4,414 bases of DNA. Origin: a virus (Duplodnaviria > Heunggongvirae > Uroviricota > Caudoviricetes). Positions 1 to 4,414 of the stretch are shown piece by piece. A program made the position numbers and the translations under genes. The stretch lies in IMG/VR virus record IMGVR_UViG_2700989170_000002; one strand, written 5' to 3'. The notes under the pieces are model-generated. The model saw only the letters and a list, made by a program, of their open reading frames with translations, had not been told where the DNA came from and ran no database searches. How positions within the stretch are numbered: position 1 is the stretch's first letter; each line of letters opens with the position of its first letter.

Positions 1-1446
1 TTTTTTGATGTCGCGCATCATTTTTGCGAAGCGGCGCATCATGTATGCATAGCGAACGGCTGAGAGAACGTCATCGTTAAGCTTGACGATCTTCCCGTTT
101 TCATCACGGTGATAGAGGCGGAACTCCTCAAAGAATGGCTCACAGGTGTTGAATACTTTGAAGCGTCCATCGAGCATCATGTCGCGCAATTCAGTGATGC
201 CAGGCTCAACAGCATTACCGCCATCAGGCCATGTCGCATGCTCCTGCAACATCATAAAACCAGCGTCCGCGTACTGCCCTTTAAGCTGCTCACCGCCGCC
301 CTTCTCGTGCTGGTTTCCGTCATGAGGCCATGCGGTTGGCACTTTATGCGCCCAAGATTTAACGGCTCCCCACGCCTGAACGGCTGTTTTTTCTTTCGCC
401 TTCCACACGCGTGAAACGTAGATTGTGTCTGCGTCCTTATCCCACCAAAGCTGAACCTGCGCCTGCGGGTGATCCCATCCGAAATCCATACCGCCAATTA
501 CGTAAAAGTGATCAGGGCACTCGAACGGCTGACACTTAATCGTCTCTTCCGGTATCTGGAAGATTCGCCCGCTACCCATCGTAGGAATACCGCGAGCACG
601 CGCCTCTCTCTCATGCTCAGGATAGGATGCGATGATTTGCTCTTTCTGCTCGTCGGTGTAGTGCTCAGCGTCATAGATGGTCATGTTGACCACTTTCTGC
701 GACTTGCTGGGATTCTTCAGGAACTTGGTAACAACGTCAGACATCCCCATCAGCGGGGTAAACGTCAGAATTGAGAATTGCCCGTATTTGTTGGTACGGG
801 TAAGCCCTTCGCCATAAATGCTGTATGGTGGTTCTTCGTCAAACCACACACCGTGGATTGTGTCACCCTGCCAGCGAGCACGGCCTTGCGAGTATGGTTT
901 GAAGTAGCAGATTGAAATGCCATCTTCAACGCCATCAGCCGTGTGATGCTTAACCAGAAGATGATCAACAAGGTTCGGAAAGAAAGGAGACTTCTTCCAG
1001 CTAATGATGTCTTCTTTAGGTATGGAACCGTAGCCTGGCTCATCATTCTCTTCGATACGACCACACAGGATGCGTTGAGTCGTTTTGGTTACAGTTTCGT
1101 TTGTCTCGCCGCCAATCCAGAAGACAACAGGTTCATAGAAACGCTTACCTTTCCACTCACCGCCATATTTACCATCAGCAGGATAGCCTTTTGTGCCCGG
1201 ATAACGCCCGGTAAGGTGAAACGCGACTTCAGCAGCACCAGTAAATGACTTACCAAGCTGGTTACCAGCCATAAAACATCGCTCTGGATAGTCATGCCCG
1301 GCGTCGATGAACTCACGCTGTTTGCTGTATGGCGTAAATTCATATAGCAGGTGTGTGTTCCGGTAGTTCTCTTCTTCTTCGAGTAGCTCGAGCAATTCGA
1401 TTTGCTCTTCATCGCTCAGGTTATCAAGAATCGCGTCCAGTTCCAC
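1..1446 (-). CDS. Phage terminase large subunit (TerL); N-terminal 482 codons in window, C-terminal end lies beyond position 1
   Basis: Hand translation of the minus strand from GTG at 1446-1444 gives an unbroken frame to position 1: [102 protein letters not shown]...[16 protein letters not shown]...[17 protein letters not shown]...[20 protein letters not shown]. It has a Walker A-like motif AGNQLGKS (about codons 60-67), a Walker B-like VWFDEEPP, and an Asp-containing IGGMDFGWD segment that fits a C-terminal RNaseH-like nuclease domain. An AGGAG Shine-Dalgarno lies about 10 nt upstream of the GTG. It is missing from the ORF track because it has a GTG start and no stop inside the window; the track ORFs at 109-414, 469-774, 943-1248 (+) and 252-497, 765-1064, 1089-1412 (-) are alternative-frame or antisense artefacts of this gene. 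The exact start codon is less certain than the gene call. Confidence 0.88.
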   Translation of the reverse strand, partial: MELDAILDNLSDEEQIELLELLEEEENYRNTHLLYEFTPYSKQREFIDAGHDYPERCFMAGNQLGKSFTGAAEVAFHLTGRYPGTKGYPADGKYGGEWKGKRFYEPVVFWIGGETNETVTKTTQRILCGRIEENDEPGYGSIPKEDIISWKKSPFFPNLVDHLLVKHHTADGVEDGISICYFKPYSQGRARWQGDTIHGVWFDEEPPYSIYGEGLTRTNKYGQFSILTFTPLMGMSDVVTKFLKNPSKSQKVVNMTIYDAEHYTDEQKEQIIASYPEHEREARARGIPTMGSGRIFQIPEETIKCQPFECPDHFYVIGGMDFGWDHPQAQVQLWWDKDADTIYVSRVWKAKEKTAVQAWGAVKSWAHKVPTAWPHDGNQHEKGGGEQLKGQYADAGFMMLQEHATWPDGGNAVEPGITELRDMMLDGRFKVFNTCEPFFEEFRLYHRDENGKIVKLNDDVLSAVRYAYMMRRFAKMMRDIKK

Positions 1447-1918
1447 GGTTGAATAGCTCCTTGATACGAGAGCGCCGCTTATCGCGATCTCCCTTATCAG
1501 GTGTCACGTCTTCAACTTGCGACTGCTCTTTGAGGCCCAAATCACGGGCGATGATGTTAGCGTTGAGAAGGTCAGCGGCTGCGCCAGAGAACTTCTGGTC
1601 GTAGATGATGTCTTCCGCTCGTGATGTGACGTCAGAAAAACCTTCCATTGACCGGAAGGTTCCCCATGTTTGCCTGGTGATATCAAGGAAGGTACACAAT
1701 CCTGAAATAGTCATGGCTCGCATCTTAGGGACATTAGCCTTAATTATTTCTCCCTGATATGAAAATACCTTACCCTCCCATAGCGGGTTATCATCAGCCC
1801 ACTCGAAGTATTCACAACAAGCAGCCCACAGCGCCTCAGGCGATTCGAATTTAGGGTTTCGCCCATGACTACTGCGGGCCTCCCAAAATCGGTTGCCCTT
1901 TGGTGCTGCCATATTCAT
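1424..1918 (-). CDS. Phage terminase small subunit (TerS), putative
   Basis: A 164-aa ORF lies immediately upstream of TerL, and its stop (1426-1424) overlaps the TerL start by about 23 nt, the usual terS-terL coupling. The N-terminus is basic ([31 protein letters not shown]...), as expected for a DNA-recognition region, and the C-terminal tail is charged. Start could be the ATG at 1918 or 1912. The assignment rests on position, size and composition, not on a verified homology search. Confidence 0.7.
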   Translation of the reverse strand: MNMAAPKGNRFWEARSSHGRNPKFESPEALWAACCEYFEWADDNPLWEGKVFSYQGEIIKANVPKMRAMTISGLCTFLDITRQTWGTFRSMEGFSDVTSRAEDIIYDQKFSGAAADLLNANIIARDLGLKEQSQVEDVTPDKGDRDKRRSRIKELFNRGTGRDS

Positions 1919-1935
1919 CTCACTTAATCGTTATT

Positions 1936-2115
1936 TCAGGTTAAGGACTCTTTCGCGCCTTCAATCAGTGACTGCTTCAGCAATTCGAGTGTACCAATCG
2001 CCTCGCATAAACTGATTTCACCATCATAATCATGAATAACGCTTTCAAGCCGCTCGTATAGCTCTTGAGTAATTGGGAATTTCTTCTCCTTACCCAAATT
2101 GATTACGCGGCTCAC
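1936..2115 (-). CDS. Small hypothetical protein (59 aa), GTG start, translationally coupled to the upstream 80-aa ORF
   Basis: Not in the ORF track. GTG at 2115-2113 follows a GGAG Shine-Dalgarno at 2125-2122 with a 6-nt spacer, and sits 1 nt past the TGA of the upstream ORF. Translation: VSRVINLGKEKKFPITQELYERLESVIHDYDGEISLCEAIGTLELLKQSLIEGAKESLT, stop TGA at 1938-1936. The frame is closed upstream by a TAG at 2142-2140. Composition is protein-like and probably helical. It ends about 20 nt before the TerS start. Confidence 0.4.
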   Translation of the reverse strand: MSRVINLGKEKKFPITQELYERLESVIHDYDGEISLCEAIGTLELLKQSLIEGAKESLT

Positions 2116-2116
2116 A

Positions 2117-2359
2117 TCATGCTCCGGTAGTAAACAGGTCTAACGCTTCCTTCGATTTACGCACCGCTTCGATAGTTCGGGTCGTGATATCTGAATTAGC
2201 GCCACCTGACTGGAAGTGAATTTTGAATAGCTCAAGCTTCAGCTCGTCAGTGCCAATGAATTGAAATGCTTCTTCTGCGGCTGCGTTCTGGTTCATGACC
2301 AGTTTGTAAATCTCTAACTGGAATTTCTGTTCTTCAGTCATGGGAATAATCTCTGCCAT
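2117..2359 (-). CDS. Small hypothetical phage protein (80 aa)
   Basis: ATG at 2359 is preceded by GGAG with a 6-nt spacer (minus-strand sequence ACGGAGCCAACAATG). Protein: MAEIIPMTEEQKFQLEIYKLVMNQNAAAEEAFQFIGTDELKLELFKIHFQSGGANSDITTRTIEAVRKSKEALDLFTTGA. No motif recognised. GC content is similar to the terminase genes. Confidence 0.55.
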   Translation of the reverse strand: MAEIIPMTEEQKFQLEIYKLVMNQNAAAEEAFQFIGTDELKLELFKIHFQSGGANSDITTRTIEAVRKSKEALDLFTTGA

Positions 2360-2428
2360 TGTTGGCTCCGTTTATCCGTTAAAAGGGATATCAGTTAAGT
2401 TATCCCGTGTAGGGTATAAGCCATTGTC

Positions 2429-2451
2429 GAGACCACTCATTGAATGGTCTC
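2429..2451. repeat. Perfect 7-bp inverted repeat (GAGACCA / TGGTCTC) with a 9-nt spacer in the non-coding spacer
   Basis: Plus strand 2429-2435 GAGACCA and 2445-2451 TGGTCTC are exact reverse complements. No U-tract follows on either strand, so this is not a canonical terminator; it could be a protein-binding site or an RNA hairpin. Confidence 0.35.
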
Positions 2452-2607
2452 TGCAATAACCGATGTCTTTCCATCAGTCCGCCACCACAAAGAATCTTTT
2501 TTTGCCATAAGGCAGGAGGTTCATCTTTCAGTGGCTGCCAGTGTTATTTCCCCACTTACTGGCTTGGGTTGTTTCGCTGTACTGCCGTTAATTAGTGAGT
2601 CCGGGGA

Positions 2608-3093
2608 TTATTTCAGTTCGTTACCAGGCATTTCTTTTAGCTCTTTCAAATGACAACGATTGAGGCTAAACCACTCCCCGTGCGACCTATAGTTGTAATA
2701 TTTTTGGTGCAATTTGGTTTCAAGCTCTCTATCGGCCGGAATCTTTGCAATTAGATTTAGCTTCCCACCACTCATGCGAGATATCTCTGAAATTCGTTTA
2801 TTAACCCTGCGACTAAACCCTATTTTTGTTAGCCCACTATCTTCAGCATGCAGAACGTACACATATGATTTTTGCGAAGCACTGGGTGCGACTTTGTTGT
2901 AATTAATCATGTCAAACATAAAGCCTTGCTTTAGCAAAGTTTCAAAAAAGATAGAATTAACACACCCATTCCTTCTCAGCTCTGCACTTAGCTTGTCAAT
3001 TTCCTCTATGATGTCGCCAGACCCCTTTCCACTTATAAGAAAATCTTGGTACATGCGACCAATTCTTGAGGTAATTTCAACAAAGTTATTCAT
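2608..3093 (-). CDS. T5orf172/MUG113-family (GIY-YIG-like) domain protein, 161 aa; accessory gene of unknown function
   Basis: ATG at 3093 with an AAAGG Shine-Dalgarno-like sequence about 8 nt upstream. The C-terminal half (about codons 77-145, nt ~2659-2865) carries the motif order YVYVL...KIGFS...RRVNKR...GEWF, which matches the GIY-like / (Y/K)IG / conserved Arg / GEWF pattern of the T5orf172 branch of the GIY-YIG superfamily. The N-terminal ~75 aa have no recognised motif. The gene lies in a stretch of about 37% GC, against about 50% GC in the terminase genes. Confidence 0.7.
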   Translation of the reverse strand: MNNFVEITSRIGRMYQDFLISGKGSGDIIEEIDKLSAELRRNGCVNSIFFETLLKQGFMFDMINYNKVAPSASQKSYVYVLHAEDSGLTKIGFSRRVNKRISEISRMSGGKLNLIAKIPADRELETKLHQKYYNYRSHGEWFSLNRCHLKELKEMPGNELK

Positions 3094-3239
3094 AGCGTTT
3101 ACCTTTTAGAAAGATGAGCCTGTTCGCACAGAAAAGCCGCCCCCGAGATGGTCGCCACCATATACGGCAATTCTCAGGCTCAGCTTTCTGAAAGACTCGG
3201 GATTGTTACGCGCTGCGATGCGCGGTTTACTGCAGATGT

Positions 3240-3263
3240 AAAAAAGCCCCGCAAATGCGAGGC
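3240..3263 (-). terminator. Rho-independent (intrinsic) terminator on the minus strand
   Basis: Minus strand reads GCCTCGC-ATTT-GCGGGGC-TTTTTT: a 7-bp GC-rich stem (6 Watson-Crick pairs plus one G-U), a 4-nt loop and a run of six U. On the plus strand the hairpin is followed by TAAATCC, so it would work on the minus strand only. Confidence 0.6.
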
Positions 3264-3344
3264 TAAATCCTGGTATTTGTAATGACTGGCTCTTATCTCA
3301 ACGCAGCCCCTTACCGCGCGCCAGATGCTCAATATCAAGCATCA

Positions 3345-3633
3345 NNNNNNNNNNNNNNNNNNNNNNNNNNNNNNNNNNNNNNNNNNNNNNNNNNNNNNNN
3401 NNNNNNNNNNNNNNNNNNNNNNNNNNNNNNNNNNNNNNNNNNNNNNNNNNNNNNNNNNNNNNNNNNNNNNNNNNNNNNNNNNNNNNNNNNNNNNNNNNNN
3501 NNNNNNNNNNNNNNNNNNNNNNNNNNNNNNNNNNNNNNNNNNNNNNNNNNNNNNNNNNNNNNNNNNNNNNNNNNNNNNNNNNNNNNNNNNNNNNNNNNNN
3601 NNNNNNNNNNNNNNNNNNNNNNNNNNNNNNNNN
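3345..3633. other. Run of 289 N (assembly gap or masked sequence)
   Basis: The sequence shows N at every position from 3345 to 3633. The run removes the 3' portions of Rz and Rz1 and any sequence between them and position 3344. All ORF-track entries that span it (3282-3785, 3298-3762, 3325-3723, 3335-3934) are artefacts of translating N as X. Confidence 0.99.
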
Positions 3634-3735
3634 TGCTGGCTCCGGTCGTTGACTTTGCACAGGTGGCGGCGACTTGCAGGCGCTTACGCCCAGCAGAAAC
3701 ATCAGCACGGAGACTTTCGATAGTCGCGTTAGCAT
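3634..3735 (-). CDS. Rz1: o-spanin Rz1 (outer-membrane lipoprotein spanin), 5' part only; 3' end lost in the N-gap
   Basis: ATG at 3735-3733 is preceded by AAGGAG (3748-3743) with a 7-nt spacer. It lies in the +1 frame inside Rz. Visible product: [34 protein letters not shown], a signal peptide with lipobox (VSAC) followed by a Pro-rich segment, as in lambda Rz1. The upstream ATG at 3762 has no Shine-Dalgarno and is less likely. Confidence 0.8.
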
Positions 3736-3934
3736 CAGCAAGCTCCTTTGTATATCTGGCATCGAGTTCTGCTACATCACGTTGACGCTTCTGCATGTCA
3801 GCAATTGTGGATGCGGCCTTATCGCGCTGCTCTTTGTAGGCGATGGCGTTATCACGGTAGTGATTAACAGCCCATGACAGGCAAACGATGATGCAGATAA
3901 CCAGAGCGGAGATAATCGCGGTTACTTTGCTCAT
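3634..3934 (-). CDS. Rz: i-spanin Rz (inner-membrane spanin), N-terminal 100 codons visible; 3' end lost in the N-gap
   Basis: ATG at 3934-3932 overlaps the R stop as ATGA. Product [100 protein letters not shown]... is near-identical at the N-terminus to lambda Rz (N-terminal transmembrane domain, then a coiled-coil periplasmic region). By analogy with lambda Rz (153 aa) the true stop should fall near 3470-3480 inside the gap; the track's 199-aa length is an artefact. Confidence 0.9.
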
Positions 3935-4407
3935 ACCTCAATCTCTCTGACCGTTCCGCCTGCCTCTTTGAATTTTGCAATCAGGCTGTCAGCCTTATGC
4001 TCGAACTGACCATAACCAGCGCCAGGCAGTGAAGCCCAGATATTGCTGCAACGGTCGATAGCCTGACGAATATCACCGCGATCAATCATCGGTAAAGCGC
4101 CACGCTCTTTAATCTGTTGCAGTGCCACAGCGTCCTGGCTTTTCGGAGAGAAGTCTTTCAGGCCAAGCTGCTTACGGTAGGCATCCCACCAACGGGAAAG
4201 AAGCTGGTAGCGTCCGGCGGCTGTTGATTTGAGTTTCGGATTTAGCGTGACAAGTTTGCGAGGGTGATCAGAGTAATCAGTGAATAGCTCTCCGCCAACA
4301 ATGACGTCATAACCATGATTTCTGGTTTTTTGACGTCCGTTATCAGTTCCCTCTGACCACGCCAGCATATCGAGGAACGCCTTACGTTGATTATTGATTT
4401 CCACCAT
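3931..4407 (-). CDS. R: Endolysin, lambda R-type lytic transglycosylase
   Basis: The 158-aa product [62 protein letters not shown]... is near-identical to phage lambda R, including the catalytic Glu in the LAWSEGTD motif. A TAG at 4413-4411 just upstream is probably the stop of a holin gene lying outside the window. Confidence 0.95.
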   Translation of the reverse strand: MVEINNQRKAFLDMLAWSEGTDNGRQKTRNHGYDVIVGGELFTDYSDHPRKLVTLNPKLKSTAAGRYQLLSRWWDAYRKQLGLKDFSPKSQDAVALQQIKERGALPMIDRGDIRQAIDRCSNIWASLPGAGYGQFEHKADSLIAKFKEAGGTVREIEV

Positions 4408-4414
4408 CTTCTAC

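Noticed and set aside
109-1248. Plus-strand ORFs 109-414, 469-774, 943-1248 and minus-strand ORFs 252-497, 765-1064, 1089-1412 from the six-frame track
   Set aside because: All lie antisense to, or out of frame within, the continuous terminase large-subunit frame (GTG 1446 to the window start). Their translations are low-complexity (Ser/Arg/Leu-rich) and have no ribosome-binding sites; they are shadow ORFs.
1353-1686. ORFs 1353-1604 (+) and 1504-1686 (-)
   Set aside because: Both are embedded in the TerS coding region in the wrong frame or strand and have implausible compositions; shadow ORFs.
1845-1860. GATTCGAAT sequence resembling a tRNA T-loop motif
   Set aside because: It lies inside the TerS coding frame with no flanking acceptor or anticodon stem complementarity; no tRNA is supported anywhere in the window.
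2360-2607. Sigma70 promoter upstream of the 80-aa ORF (for example TTGCAG or TCGACA as -35, TATACC as -10)
   Set aside because: The hexamers are individually plausible but do not pair with correct 16-18 bp spacing; I could not support a specific promoter call by eye.
2444-2653. 69-aa plus-strand ORF (MVSAITDVFPSV...) in the spacer
   Set aside because: Its ATG at 2444 has no Shine-Dalgarno and falls inside the inverted repeat. Only the internal GTG at 2531 with the AGGAGG has any support, and that is noted as a low-confidence finding, not annotated as a gene.
2714-3109. Plus-strand ORFs 2714-2902 and 2909-3109
   Set aside because: Antisense to the T5orf172 gene, AT-rich and low-complexity, with no ribosome-binding sites; shadow ORFs.
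3209-3224. Short GC-rich inverted repeat (CGCGC-TGCGAT-GCGCG) next to the terminator
   Set aside because: Only 5 bp and followed by just three T on the plus strand, so it is not credible as a second, plus-strand terminator; probably chance.
3148-3282. 44-codon plus-strand ORF (MVATIYGNSQAQLSERLGIVTRCDARFTADVKKPRKCEAKSWYL)
   Set aside because: No Shine-Dalgarno (GAG abuts the ATG), it overlaps the minus-strand terminator, and it is too short to judge. Possibly a relic fragment, but unsupported.
3282-3877. ORFs 3282-3785 (+), 3325-3723 (+), 3674-3877 (+), and the 154-aa and 199-aa lengths reported for minus-strand ORFs 3298-3762 and 3335-3934
   Set aside because: The lengths come from translating the 289-nt N-run as X, or are antisense to Rz/Rz1. 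I considered a bor-like opposite-strand lipoprotein starting at 3282, but the visible N-terminus (MTGSYLNAAPYRAPDAQYQAS) has no signal peptide or lipobox.

Overview
The window reads as the late region of a lambda-like (lambdoid) enterobacterial phage or prophage, with every gene on the minus strand. In transcription order (high to low coordinates) it holds: the lambda R-type endolysin (3931-4407), then the spanin pair Rz/Rz1 (starts at 3934 and 3735), whose 3' ends are lost in a 289-nt run of N (3345-3633). Next come a minus-strand intrinsic terminator (3240-3263), a low-GC insert encoding a 161-aa protein with a C-terminal T5orf172/GIY-YIG-like domain (2608-3093), and a 248-bp non-coding spacer with hairpins. 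Two small coupled ORFs follow (80 aa at 2117-2359; 59 aa with a GTG start at 1936-2115, absent from the ORF track), then a terminase small subunit (1424-1918) and a terminase large subunit (GTG at 1446, running off the left edge, also absent from the ORF track). The most interesting candidate is the accessory block between the lysis cassette and the terminase (about 1936-3130), but its function is inferred only. All calls come from reading and hand-translating the sequence; no database search was run, and family assignments rest on recalled motifs.
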